Assembly (NCBI GenBank): GCA_044371435.1
Contig: JBILTQ010000001.1
Location: forward strand, 1-62,350
Source of the DNA: Pirellulaceae bacterium
GTDB taxonomy: Bacteria > Planctomycetota > Planctomycetia > Pirellulales > Pirellulaceae
Length of the DNA: 62,350 bases
Direction: 5' to 3'
Part shown: positions 1 through 10,058 of the stretch, piece after piece
Layout of the letters: every line of letters begins with the position of its first letter
Numbering within the stretch: position 1 is the stretch's first letter
Translations under genes and position numbers: made by a program
The notes under the pieces: model-generated
Databases searched by the model: none
What the model was told of the DNA's origin: nothing
Seen by the model: the letters and a program-made list of their open reading frames with translations, nothing else

Positions 1-731
<731 letters not shown>

Positions 732-840
732 TTACCCATGGAAGTATCGACAGCTTCGAATGGTCGTCAAGATGGTATGGCTCAAGCCTGACCAACCTCC
801 ATCGCCCCGAGTCGAGGGCGGCCCGTGGCTTCGGCTTCCC

Positions 841-3696
841 TCAGCTCTTCGATTTCCGGGATTTCTTGCCCAGCGACTGTAGTCGCCACAAGCCATAGAA
901 GATGACCGCCGCCAGCAACCCGGCCATAGCGGCTTCGCGAACAAAGCTGCGTGTAGACGCGACCTTGGCCTCGACCAAGGGTCGCCAATCCGTGACAGCG
1001 ACCAAAGGCCCAAGTTGCCGCAGGCCAGACGTACCCGCCGTCGGCTCCGCCTTGTCAGCCAAGGAACGTGTTTGGGCGGTCGAGTACGACCAGAGACGAT
1101 AAAAGAAACCCTCCACTTCGACGGTGGAGTTCAAATACCATACCATCGGCTGGTTGGCCGCCGCGGGAGAAGTAACATCTGGCCTCGCTGCCGTCACCAT
1201 CGCGGCGTTCGGTGACTCCGGCCGCAACCAATCGGGGAGTTGCTTGCTTACCAAGGTGATGGGAAATTCCCCTTGAAAGTCGAGGTTAGTGGCCCCATCG
1301 TCGGATCGCAGACGAATAACCTGCCCATCCAAACGAACCAACCCATCGACTTCATAGTAGTCTTTTCCCTCGAGTTGCTCTTGTGCCCACTCTTCAGCGA
1401 CCAGAATGCGAGTCGCCCGCACCAGCTGCACGCGAGCTTGCATCGTCCGCAAAGTGTGCTGGGGATCCTCGGACAAGCAATCCATGGCTGTCAGGCTGGC
1501 TGGCCGAGGTCGCTGGGGATCTTCCACCGATGCCGCCTCGACACGCGGCGCTGCCACCAATAAACGATAAAAAGCCCCGGCCTCGACCGCCGTGAAAGGC
1601 TTCTTGCGAAGCGCCGTGATCCGATCGAGTTCACCCAGGTCATACCCTACCGCGGCCAAGTCGACCCAATCCTGTTCCAAACTCGGTTCGAGCATCTGCT
1701 GCCAGGACCCCCGCGCATCCCCCTCCGCTAGCTCCGCCAAAACAGACACCTCCCCCCCGAGGACCACCGGCGGCTCCTGGCTGGCCGCAGCGGTGGGGGG
1801 AGCAACCGCGGGCTCCCCCGCTGGCGACCATGTCCAACGTACCCGAGGAGCCAACCAGATCCTTGGGGTGACTTCTTCATCGGTCAACAACCGCAGTCCA
1901 TCCAAGGCGACGGGTTGACAGATCGCTTCCGCCCGCAGCCAGGCCGAGGGGACGCTCGGCACAAAAGCTACCGCCGAGAGAGGATCCCGAGGATGCCTCG
2001 ACAGGTGGATTCGATAGATCGTGGTTGGCCGGCCTTCGGCATCCGGAACTTTTTCCAATCGCAACAGGTCGATCCGGCGAACCCAACCTCGAAAACTTTC
2101 CAAGCGCGCCGGACCAAGCCTTGGCTTCGCCGCCAGAACCGCATGCAGTGGACGCTCGAGACGAGCAAGCTGATAGAGGATCTGCCCCAACTCGGTGAAG
2201 GCGTCGAGGTTCGCAGCCACACTCCGCTCCTCCAGCCAACCGCGGCGCGTAGCCGCATCGTTGAGCTCTTCAAGATTGCTCTCCAGAATCTCCCTCAGCA
2301 ACCGCAGACTCTCTTGGATTTCTCCCGGTTCCTGCCAGCGCAGCGACGGTTGAGCCGGTGCGACGGGCGACAATAGCCGAACCGGTCGTGACTCCAGTTC
2401 GCTGAGCCACTGGGCCTCGAAGGTAATCAGCAACGGGGCAACATCGACCCCGCGCCGCGATGGATAAGCCAAACGCTTGATCAGCAGGCCCGTGACTTCC
2501 ACCAGCGGCGCATCCTCGGCGACCACGAGCTGGGAGCCACCCCTTTCAGCAGTTGGCCCGGTCGTCCCCCCATCCGACTGAACTCTCGGCCAATTCCCCG
2601 TCGGCGGGGCCGAGGACAAGTGATAGATGCAAACCGGTTGCGCGTGAAAGCCTTCCGGCCGCAACCAAATCACCTGGTAACCCAAGGCCTCGGATACAAC
2701 GCTATCGCTTTTCGATGGTTCCGGCGTAGTCACCGGTACCCCGCGAAAGCGCACGACCTCCCAACGCAACTCCTCGGTCTGCTTGATCAGCGAGGTGGTA
2801 TCCACCAACTGCCCCCAACGCAGCCGAGGTGCTGAAGGCTCGGTGGGTTGATGATCCCGAAGCCAGCGTTGACAGGCGACAGCCCGCTGCAAGGTACGAA
2901 ATAGGGCGACCCGCTCGCTGGGCCGCCATGGCTCGGCATCCCGGATAACGCCGAGCAGGCTTCGATCGAGGGCTAAACGGTATGCCGCGAGCATCTCAGG
3001 ATCCAAAGCAGCGCTGGCCGGCGAAACTCCCTGACGCAACAGGGATGCCCAGGCTAACCACTGCTGTACGAAGGCTAACCCATCGCGGCTTTCCGACGCT
3101 GCATGCTCGCCCTGTTCCTGGGGTGAGGTAGCCCATTCGCGATAGACCCCTTGCCATTGTTCAATCCTCGGTGTCGCGGCGTCCAGCCAAGCCAGCACGG
3201 AAGCCGGAGGAACAGCCACCGACTCCGGCGAAGCTTCGGAACCCTTGTCCTCTGGAAAAAACTCCCGGTTGGCCAGCTCGTTCAGGACCGCTACCGGTGT
3301 CGTCTTGAGTAAATGCACCCACATCGCCAACCAGGGACGGCCTGACTCCAGCCCGGGATCGCTCGACAAGCCGGGCGGGAGAACCGCCTCGGCCCCTGCT
3401 GACGACTCCCCACCTTGGCTTCCCCGCATCGACGGTGTGTCGGGGGTGGGTATCGATTCCCGTGCGGTGGCCAGCGAAAGATCCGACGGTTGCCGAGCGG
3501 ACGGGCTGAGACCAATCGCCTCGAACGCTGGCTGGTATCGCTTGGGATCCGACAACTGCCGCATGCAGACGATGACCAAGCCAAGCAACAAACCCAGCCC
3601 CAGCAGCTTGCGCATCGGTGAACTCTCGTGCTGGGCACGCCCCAGCCGAAGCCGATGTGCGTCGCGCGAATACCATCGATCATGGGATAATCTCAT
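841..3696 (-). CDS. hypothetical membrane protein (about 951 aa) with N- and C-terminal hydrophobic anchors; no family recognised
   Basis: This is track ORF 841..4026. Its first 110 codons overlap the divergent gene starting at 3872, so I place the start at ATG 3696 (MRLSHD...). ATG 3615 (MRKLLGLGLLLGLVIVC) is an alternative. The C-terminus AMAGLLAAVIFYGLWRLQSLGKKSRKSKS reads as a TM segment plus a basic tail. Confidence 0.6.
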   Translation of the reverse strand: MRLSHDRWYSRDAHRLRLGRAQHESSPMRKLLGLGLLLGLVIVCMRQLSDPKRYQPAFEAIGLSPSARQPSDLSLATARESIPTPDTPSMRGSQGGESSAGAEAVLPPGLSSDPGLESGRPWLAMWVHLLKTTPVAVLNELANREFFPEDKGSEASPESVAVPPASVLAWLDAATPRIEQWQGVYREWATSPQEQGEHAASESRDGLAFVQQWLAWASLLRQGVSPASAALDPEMLAAYRLALDRSLLGVIRDAEPWRPSERVALFRTLQRAVACQRWLRDHQPTEPSAPRLRWGQLVDTTSLIKQTEELRWEVVRFRGVPVTTPEPSKSDSVVSEALGYQVIWLRPEGFHAQPVCIYHLSSAPPTGNWPRVQSDGGTTGPTAERGGSQLVVAEDAPLVEVTGLLIKRLAYPSRRGVDVAPLLITFEAQWLSELESRPVRLLSPVAPAQPSLRWQEPGEIQESLRLLREILESNLEELNDAATRRGWLEERSVAANLDAFTELGQILYQLARLERPLHAVLAAKPRLGPARLESFRGWVRRIDLLRLEKVPDAEGRPTTIYRIHLSRHPRDPLSAVAFVPSVPSAWLRAEAICQPVALDGLRLLTDEEVTPRIWLAPRVRWTWSPAGEPAVAPPTAAASQEPPVVLGGEVSVLAELAEGDARGSWQQMLEPSLEQDWVDLAAVGYDLGELDRITALRKKPFTAVEAGAFYRLLVAAPRVEAASVEDPQRPRPASLTAMDCLSEDPQHTLRTMQARVQLVRATRILVAEEWAQEQLEGKDYYEVDGLVRLDGQVIRLRSDDGATNLDFQGEFPITLVSKQLPDWLRPESPNAAMVTAARPDVTSPAAANQPMVWYLNSTVEVEGFFYRLWSYSTAQTRSLADKAEPTAGTSGLRQLGPLVAVTDWRPLVEAKVASTRSFVREAAMAGLLAAVIFYGLWRLQSLGKKSRKSKS

Positions 3697-3871
3697 GGCC
3701 AGTCCTCCTCCTCGCAGCAGGATCCAGGATCGATACCGATTTCCTCGGCAATCACTGAGTACATAAAATGATGGGGCTTGCTTGTTCGAGAACAAGGCTG
3801 GGTTTAGGCTATGATTTGGATTATGGCAGATTTTTATCCGAGCTCGTCGAATTTTGAGTAATCCCCCCACC

Positions 3872-6800
3872 ATGCCTGGCATGCAATCCTCATTCCGTCG
3901 CGGGCGGTTCTCTCTAGGAATTTTGCTCGTCCTGGCCGGTAGTCTGAGCCGGCCCGTTGGCAGCGCTGAGCCGGCCCGAGAGTTTCTCGAGCGACTCCGC
4001 GAAGAAGGCATGTTCGACTTGGCCACGCGCTATCTCGAGATCTATGACGCCAACAACTGGCTGCCGGCTTCGATGAAGCCCGATGTCAAGCTGGAGCGAT
4101 TGATGATCATGCAGGATGCCCTGGCTGCTTCCCGCACCAGCAAGGAATTAGACGCTCGCTTGGCCGCACTCGAGAGCGGCTTCAAGGATTTCTATGATTC
4201 GTCCAAAGGCCATCCGCGGCGATCTGAAGCCGGCCTGCGCTTAGGAAGTATGTCGATGGATCGTGGTCAACGCCAACTCAAGAAACTGGCGGACCTTTCC
4301 GACAAACAGGCTGCGGACGCTGCCAGGAAGGCCGCTCAGCAGGCCTTCCAGCAAGCCGAAGCTATTTTTAAAAGCACCCAGGACGATCTGGCTGAAATCA
4401 TCAAACAAATGGCCGGGGCCAAGGTCGCCGCCGACGATCTGGCGAAAATCGCCCTGCGGAAGCAGTATCAAGGCGAATATCGCCAAGCTCAGATCCTCCA
4501 GGGTTTGTCGCTCAAGCTGTTGGCTACCAGCTATCCTGAAAATTCCAACGAATACAAGGCTGGGCTGCAACAAGCCGAGGAAAAACTCAAGGAGGTCATC
4601 AACAAGGCTACCTCATCCGCGGAAATCGGTGCCAAGACACTTAGCCGTCTCTATCGTGGCGATGTGCTGGCGTTGCAAGGCAAAGCCGCTGAAGCCTTGG
4701 AGAGTTACATCCCGGTCGCCGACCTCGATCAGGATGGGATCTTTCGTCTTTGGCGAGTCCAAGCCACCGCCGCCATGGTCCGCTTGCTGGGTTCCACGGC
4801 CGGTGGCAATAAGTTCGATGAGGCGATCAAGCGCGGGCAGGACCTGTTGAAAGTTATCTCGAAAAATGAGCAAGCCAACCCAGAGTGGCTGGATCTGCAA
4901 TTAGCAGTCGCCCAGGCAAGGTTGACCTACAGCCAAGAGCTGGCAAAGAAAAAAGGCAATGAAACGCAAAGCAAAGGCGAGCGGCGCGAAGCTCGCGAGT
5001 TGCTGCAGAATATTGCGCGGCGGCCGGGCGATCATCAAGCCTCTGCTAAAAAACTGTTGTCGGAACTCGGCATCGAAGTCGCCGATCCTGGTGAATCGCG
5101 GATACCTCAAGCCAAGACTTTTGCCGAAGCCTTCAGCGAAGCCAAGATTCGCATCGATCGCGCCGAAAGCTCCCAGTTATCTAGGGAATTGCTGAATACT
5201 CGCTTGGCCGAAGCCGCGGAAGCGGAGAAACCGCCAATCGAGGCCGAGTTGAAATCGATCGAAGAAAATGCCAACCGCGATCGGCAACAAGCGTTGGCCT
5301 TGCTGCAACGTAGTTTTCAGCTCTTCCGCGACGGCGATTCGCGCGAAGACTTGCTCAACGCTCGTTTCTATGTGGCTTACCTGTACATCCGGCAAAACCA
5401 TTTTTGGGAATCGGCCGCGGCTTCGGACTTTGTCGCCCGCAGCGGGCCCGGTACCGATCTCGGCTTGAAGGCCTGCGGTTTTGCCCTGTTCAGCTTTCGC
5501 AAGTTGATCGAGGGTCTGCCGGCCGAAGGTCAAACCGGGGTGATGCATTCGCTGGAGTCGCTGGCCAAGTACATGATTGCCACTTGGCCCGAGGCTGAAG
5601 AAACACAGCAAGCTACGTTGACGCTGCTGCAAAATGCCCTGCAGCAACAACAGTGGGATGATGCCGAACGCTACCTGACGTTGCTCCCCCGGGCTGCCGA
5701 CCAGTCCAATGCTACCCGCCGCGACCTGGGTTACGTCCTGTGGATCCAGTATTTGCTCAGCCAGGATGCCGAACGGAAGGCCGGCAACAACCAAGCTACT
5801 GGCGACCTGCAATTGCGAGATCGCGCTGAGCGGTTGCTCCATGAAGGCTGGGAATCCCTCGACGTGACCGGACTCAATCAACGGGCAGTCGAAGCGGCAG
5901 CGGCCTTGGCCTCGCTTTACCTCCGCACCGATCGACGCCAGGAAGCCGAAAGCATCCTCAACCAGGAGAAGGTGGGGCCATTGGCGGTCATCCAGTCCGG
6001 CGCTGTCCAGGATCCAGCCGTGAAGTTGGAGGTCCTGCGGCTAAGCCTTCAAGCCAAGGTCATGGGGGCGAGTGCTGGCGAATCGACGCTGGATCCGAAC
6101 GAAGTCGAGAAAATCGTCAAGTCGATGCAGGCGACAGCCCAGGGGAACGAGAAGTTACTCACCAATACCTTGCTCGCCCTGGCTAAAGACTTGCGAGAGC
6201 AACTGGACCGGGTAGAAAGCCCGGCAGATCAAGCAAAGCTGGCAGGTGGTATTCGGGTACTTCTAACGCAACTGGCCGAAGTCTCCGATAACGCCGGAAT
6301 TCTCGATTGGGCTGGTACCACCCTGTGGCAGTTGGCCAACGGGCTGGCGACCAAACCCGGCAACAACAACATGGCGGTGCAGTTGAATCAAGGTGCCGCC
6401 AAAGTCTTTGAGAAAATCCTGGCGAAAAATCAAGCTGACCCCAGTTATCTCGATGCCATCGAGCGCAAGCCCGATGATATTCTCATCAAACAAGCCCTGG
6501 CCCTCCGCGGCCAAGAGTCGTTCGAGGAAGCAACTACCATCTTCGTGCAGCTGCTGTCGAAAAATAACAGCCAACTGACTGCTCAGGTGGAAGCGGCCCG
6601 CACCTTCCAGCAATGGTCGGAAAACAAGGATGTCGCCTTGCTCAAGAAGGCAGCCTATGGCGCCGAACCCGATACCAAACAGAAGAATATCGTGTGGGGC
6701 TGGGGGCAGATGTCAAAGATGCTCTCTTCCCAATTGGGGAACCGCCCGGACCTCCAGGGGATCTTTTTCGACGCCCGCCTTCAGCTGGCGACCTGCCGAC

Positions 6801-7012
6801 GGCTGATCGCTATGAATTTGCCAGCTGGCCCCGAACGCCAGAAGGTATTGGAGCAAGCGATGGGTGATATCCGACAGACTTACTTTGCCTACCCCGAACT
6901 GGGTGGACCGGAACGGTTGAAGGAATTCGACCGGCTATTGAAAACCCTCCAGGCCGATCTCGGCAAGCCGGCCAACGGCCTCCAGGAGTTCAAGACAGAG
7001 CCAACCTCGTGA
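3872..7012 (+). CDS. large secreted all-helical TPR-like repeat protein (about 1046 aa), function unknown
   Basis: This is track ORF 3854..7012 (TTG start). The first ATG at 3872 gives MPGMQSSFRRGRFSLGILLVLAGSLSRPVGSAEP, which looks like a signal peptide. The remainder is rich in Ala/Leu/Glu/Gln/Lys with recurring helical-hairpin patterns. It is the first gene of a co-directional cluster ending in exbB-exbD-exbD. Confidence 0.7.
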   Translation: MPGMQSSFRRGRFSLGILLVLAGSLSRPVGSAEPAREFLERLREEGMFDLATRYLEIYDANNWLPASMKPDVKLERLMIMQDALAASRTSKELDARLAALESGFKDFYDSSKGHPRRSEAGLRLGSMSMDRGQRQLKKLADLSDKQAADAARKAAQQAFQQAEAIFKSTQDDLAEIIKQMAGAKVAADDLAKIALRKQYQGEYRQAQILQGLSLKLLATSYPENSNEYKAGLQQAEEKLKEVINKATSSAEIGAKTLSRLYRGDVLALQGKAAEALESYIPVADLDQDGIFRLWRVQATAAMVRLLGSTAGGNKFDEAIKRGQDLLKVISKNEQANPEWLDLQLAVAQARLTYSQELAKKKGNETQSKGERREARELLQNIARRPGDHQASAKKLLSELGIEVADPGESRIPQAKTFAEAFSEAKIRIDRAESSQLSRELLNTRLAEAAEAEKPPIEAELKSIEENANRDRQQALALLQRSFQLFRDGDSREDLLNARFYVAYLYIRQNHFWESAAASDFVARSGPGTDLGLKACGFALFSFRKLIEGLPAEGQTGVMHSLESLAKYMIATWPEAEETQQATLTLLQNALQQQQWDDAERYLTLLPRAADQSNATRRDLGYVLWIQYLLSQDAERKAGNNQATGDLQLRDRAERLLHEGWESLDVTGLNQRAVEAAAALASLYLRTDRRQEAESILNQEKVGPLAVIQSGAVQDPAVKLEVLRLSLQAKVMGASAGESTLDPNEVEKIVKSMQATAQGNEKLLTNTLLALAKDLREQLDRVESPADQAKLAGGIRVLLTQLAEVSDNAGILDWAGTTLWQLANGLATKPGNNNMAVQLNQGAAKVFEKILAKNQADPSYLDAIERKPDDILIKQALALRGQESFEEATTIFVQLLSKNNSQLTAQVEAARTFQQWSENKDVALLKKAAYGAEPDTKQKNIVWGWGQMSKMLSSQLGNRPDLQGIFFDARLQLATCRRLIAMNLPAGPERQKVLEQAMGDIRQTYFAYPELGGPERLKEFDRLLKTLQADLGKPANGLQEFKTEPTS

Positions 7013-7074
7013 ACTGGCCATTCCCATCGTCCTTTCCTCAAACCACCCGCGCGAATCTCATCGAACTACATTCT

Positions 7075-8115
7075 ATGCGAGCTATCCTCACCGCCTTCGC
7101 CTGCCTTACGGTCGCCGCGAGCCTTTTTTCAGCCGCCACCTCCGCTCAGGAGGCCGACAAGCTTTACCCCGTTTCCGGAGCCGCCGTTACCGGGAGAATC
7201 GCCGAGATGACCCGTAACAATGTGGTGATGGACATCCGCGGGGTGAAGGAGAATTATCCGAGCAACGCCATCCAGCGTCTGGTCTACGAAGGCGAACCAG
7301 CCCAGCTGAGTCGAGCCAAGGAAGCGGTAGTCAATGAGCAATGGGAAGAGGCCTTGGATGCCTTGAAGAAGGTCGATTTCAAATCGATTAGCCGCGACGA
7401 TATTAAAAGGGACTTCGAATACTATGTGGGTCTAGTCCAGGCTCGCTTGGCGATGTCAGGTCAGGGAGACCCGGTCGCGGCCGAAAACCGCTTGCTCAAC
7501 TACATCAAATCAAGCCTACAGTCTTACCATTACTTCGAATGCTCAGAGGTGCTGGGTTTGCTGGCGGCCTCCGTCGGCGGCCATGATCGCGCGGTCAAGT
7601 ATTTCGCAGCCCTAGCCGCCGCTCCTTATGCCGATGCCAAAATCAAAGCCCAATATCATCTGGGAAATTCCCAACTAGCGCTGACTAAGGTGGCCGAGGC
7701 GCGAACCGCCTTCGGCGAGGCTTTATCAGCAACCGCAGAGAATACTGTTGCCAAGCGGCTCCAGAAATTAGCCTCGATCGGCTTGCTACGTTGCGATACC
7801 GTCGACAACAAGCAGGCTGCCGCGATCGAGAAACTACGGCAAATGATAGCCGACAGCGATGCCACCGATAGTGAATTGTTCGCCCGTATCTACAATGCCC
7901 TCGGGGAAGCCCATCTGGCGGCCGGGCAAGAAGAGGAAGCGGTCCTTGCCTACTTGCACACCGATCTATTATTCACAAATGATGCCGACAGTCACGCGGA
8001 AGCCTTGTATCATTTGGTGCAGCTTTTCGGAAAAATCGATCCCCCCCGTGCCGCCGAAGCCAAGTCGAGGTTGAAGTCGACCTACGGCAACTCGGCCTGG
8101 GCCAAGAAAATCTGA
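7075..8115 (+). CDS. secreted TPR-like repeat protein (about 346 aa)
   Basis: This is track ORF 7009..8115. A GTG at 7009 overlaps the upstream stop as GTGA. ATG 7075 gives a clean signal peptide, MRAILTAFACLTVAASLFSAATSAQE. TPR-like stretches include YHLGNSQLALTKVAEARTAFGEAL and IYNALGEAHLAAGQEEEAVLAYL. Confidence 0.7.
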   Translation: MRAILTAFACLTVAASLFSAATSAQEADKLYPVSGAAVTGRIAEMTRNNVVMDIRGVKENYPSNAIQRLVYEGEPAQLSRAKEAVVNEQWEEALDALKKVDFKSISRDDIKRDFEYYVGLVQARLAMSGQGDPVAAENRLLNYIKSSLQSYHYFECSEVLGLLAASVGGHDRAVKYFAALAAAPYADAKIKAQYHLGNSQLALTKVAEARTAFGEALSATAENTVAKRLQKLASIGLLRCDTVDNKQAAAIEKLRQMIADSDATDSELFARIYNALGEAHLAAGQEEEAVLAYLHTDLLFTNDADSHAEALYHLVQLFGKIDPPRAAEAKSRLKSTYGNSAWAKKI

Positions 8116-8263
8116 GCCAGCTCGAAGAAATTTGTCTCTCTACCCTAATCCATTTGCCCATCGTTTCGGAGCCACAAGACCCATGCTTCATCCCTTCGCC
8201 CTGCCAACTTGCGGGCTTGATTGCCAAGCTGCTTCGTCGACCAGCCCCCTTCGATCGTGGCGG

Positions 8264-9013
8264 ATGGTCTGGGTTTTCCTCCTGCTCCTGCCGCTGAGCC
8301 TGGCGGTCTTCACGGTCCCCACCTCGCTAGCCCAGGAACCCGCTGCCGCGGAAGCAGCGCCGGCGGTAAAGAGCGAATCGATGCTGCTCACTACCTGGAA
8401 AGCCCTCGGCTGGAAATATGCCCTGGCGTTCTTGATCATGTCCTTCCTGCTGGTGGCCGTGCTGGTGATGGTCATCCTGGCGGTCCGCAAAGACAGCTTC
8501 CTTCCGGCTGATCTGAGTCAAGGTGTGGAAGCCAGCCTCGCCGACAATAACCTGCAGGCGGCTGTTGAATTGGTCCGGTCGGACGAATCCTTCCTCGGGC
8601 AAGTGGTCTCGGCCGGCTTGTCGAAGCTTACCGTCGGTCGTGAGCAGGCGGTTGAAGCCATGCAACTGGTAGGCGAAAACGAAGCCATGAAGCTCGAGCA
8701 CAAGCTGGGTTATCTGGCCTTGATCGGCAACATCGCTCCGATGGTGGGCCTGCTCGGTACGGTCGATGGGATGGTGGCCTCCTTCGGGGTGATTGCCAAT
8801 AGCCAGCAGACCCCCAAGCCGGCTACCTTGGCTGAAGGGATTCAGACCGCTTTGTATACGACCCTGGTGGGGTTGATTATCGCCATCCCTGCCATCATTT
8901 GCTGCAATCTGCTGCGAAACCGGGTCCAACGACTCATCGCCGAAGCTGGTTCGGAAAGTGAAGCGATGCTCGACAAGTTCGAGACGTCCCTCAAACAGGG
9001 TACGGCTGGCTGA
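8264..9013 (+). CDS. exbB: MotA/TolQ/ExbB proton-channel family protein with its own N-terminal signal peptide
   Basis: The sequence LGYLALIGNIAPMVGLLGTVDGMVASF...LAEGIQTALYTTLVGLIIAIPAIICCNLLRNRV is the family core. The track start is TTG 8132. I prefer ATG 8264 (MVWVFLLLLPLSLAVFTVPTSLAQEP), and ATG 8183 is also possible. Confidence 0.85.
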   Translation: MVWVFLLLLPLSLAVFTVPTSLAQEPAAAEAAPAVKSESMLLTTWKALGWKYALAFLIMSFLLVAVLVMVILAVRKDSFLPADLSQGVEASLADNNLQAAVELVRSDESFLGQVVSAGLSKLTVGREQAVEAMQLVGENEAMKLEHKLGYLALIGNIAPMVGLLGTVDGMVASFGVIANSQQTPKPATLAEGIQTALYTTLVGLIIAIPAIICCNLLRNRVQRLIAEAGSESEAMLDKFETSLKQGTAG

Positions 9014-9062
9014 TTCCCCACCCCCTCTGGTCATGCATTCCGCCGGATAGGAACGAGCTTCC

Positions 9063-9506
9063 ATGAGAATCGGTAAGAGCCTGAACACCAAGCTAGTCGA
9101 AGGGGATATGACTAGCATGATCGACATGGTCTTTCAGTTGATCGCCTTCTTCATGGTGCTGATCAATTTTTCGCAAGATGATCAAAATGCCAAGATCAGC
9201 TTGCCGGAAAGCGAACTGGCCAAACCGGCTGAAGGTGCCCTGGAATTCCCCATCGTCATCCATCTCGACAAAGATGGCCGCTTGTATATGGGCGCAAATG
9301 AGGCCACTATCGATTCGGTCAAGCCGTTGCTCAACGTCGAAATCGCCCAGCTTACCGCTAACAACCGAAAAGCCGCTGATGCCAACGTCATCATTCGCGC
9401 GCATCGCGATGCGGCCGGGGGCAAAGTCCAGGACCTGATCGCCAAGTGTCAGGAAATCGGCCTGGAGAAATTCGCCCTCCGCGTCAAAGAAGAAGAACCT
9501 CGGTAG
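9063..9506 (+). CDS. exbD: biopolymer transport protein ExbD/TolR (paralog 1)
   Basis: The N-terminal TM segment carries the conserved Asp (DMTSMIDMVFQLIAFFMVLINF), followed by a periplasmic domain (VIIRAHRDAAGGKVQDLIAKCQEIG). It is 147 aa and lies 49 nt after exbB. Confidence 0.85.
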   Translation: MRIGKSLNTKLVEGDMTSMIDMVFQLIAFFMVLINFSQDDQNAKISLPESELAKPAEGALEFPIVIHLDKDGRLYMGANEATIDSVKPLLNVEIAQLTANNRKAADANVIIRAHRDAAGGKVQDLIAKCQEIGLEKFALRVKEEEPR

Positions 9507-9530
9507 CTTCCCAAGAGTCACACGTTTGCT

Positions 9531-10016
9531 ATGCGCATCAAAAACACCCCCAACACGGATATCCAATTGAACCTGACGTCGATGATCGATGTCGTGTTCT
9601 TGCTGCTGATCTTCTTCATCATGACCTTCAAGATCGCCGCTCAGGAAGGGGACTTCAGTGTCAAGATGCCGCTGCAGAATGCCGGTGGCCAACCGCTTGA
9701 ACCCGATGCTGACCTCCCCATCAAGTTGCGATTGAAGGCTGATGCCAGCGGTAATCTGGCGGAAATCGTAGTCAATGACAACCAGTCCTTCGCCCAGGAC
9801 TTCAATCGCTTGCGGGCATTCATCCTCCAGATGACCCCTGGAGGAACGACCGGACCGAGCGAAGATGAGGGTCCGGAAGTCGAACTCGATCTCGATTACC
9901 AGCTCCGTTATGAGTATGTCATTCGAGCGATCACCAGCGTTACTGGCCACCGGCAAGGCGATGAGATCATCCGCCTGGTCAACCGGCTCAAATTCGCCCC
10001 ACCGCGTAAATTGTAA
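9531..10016 (+). CDS. exbD: biopolymer transport protein ExbD/TolR (paralog 2)
   Basis: LNLTSMIDVVFLLLIFFIMTFK is a TM segment with the conserved Asp. It is 161 aa and lies 24 nt after paralog 1. Confidence 0.8.
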   Translation: MRIKNTPNTDIQLNLTSMIDVVFLLLIFFIMTFKIAAQEGDFSVKMPLQNAGGQPLEPDADLPIKLRLKADASGNLAEIVVNDNQSFAQDFNRLRAFILQMTPGGTTGPSEDEGPEVELDLDYQLRYEYVIRAITSVTGHRQGDEIIRLVNRLKFAPPRKL

Positions 10017-10026
10017 AGCATCCCCT

Positions 10027-10058
10027 AGTCTTGGGCATTCGAAGTCTTGGGCATTCGA
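10027..10058. repeat. perfect tandem duplication of a 16-nt unit (AGTCTTGGGCATTCGA x2) in the exbD-sulfatase intergenic region
   Basis: Read directly from the sequence: 10027-10042 equals 10043-10058. A downstream GCCCAAG (10075-10081) is complementary to the CTTGGGC in both copies. Confidence 0.9.

Noticed and set aside
3697-4026. A 110-codon N-terminal extension of the minus-strand ORF 841..4026.
   Set aside because: It overlaps the start of the divergent TPR gene. It has Arg/Ser/Pro-rich nonsense-like composition. The hydrophobic anchor that looks like the true N-terminus lies downstream of internal ATGs at 3696 and 3615.
8132-8263. A 44-codon N-terminal extension of exbB from TTG 8132.
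   Set aside because: The extension has no hydrophobic or conserved character. ATG 8264 gives a canonical signal peptide. The choice of start is still uncertain.
9093-9956. A 287-aa antisense ORF spanning both exbD genes. Similar long antisense or out-of-frame ORFs occur at 5177-5881, 8327-9127, 13000-13599, 21529-22173, 25473-26126, 35876-36514, 40046-40855 and 55271-55849.
   Set aside because: They lie opposite genes with clear family motifs. They cross intergenic spacers and have Arg/Gly/Asp/His-rich composition typical of stop-poor frames in GC-rich DNA. No motif was recognised in any of them.
10027-10058. A CRISPR-like repeat.
   Set aside because: There are only two 16-nt copies, directly adjacent, with no spacers. 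No cas genes are present anywhere in the window.
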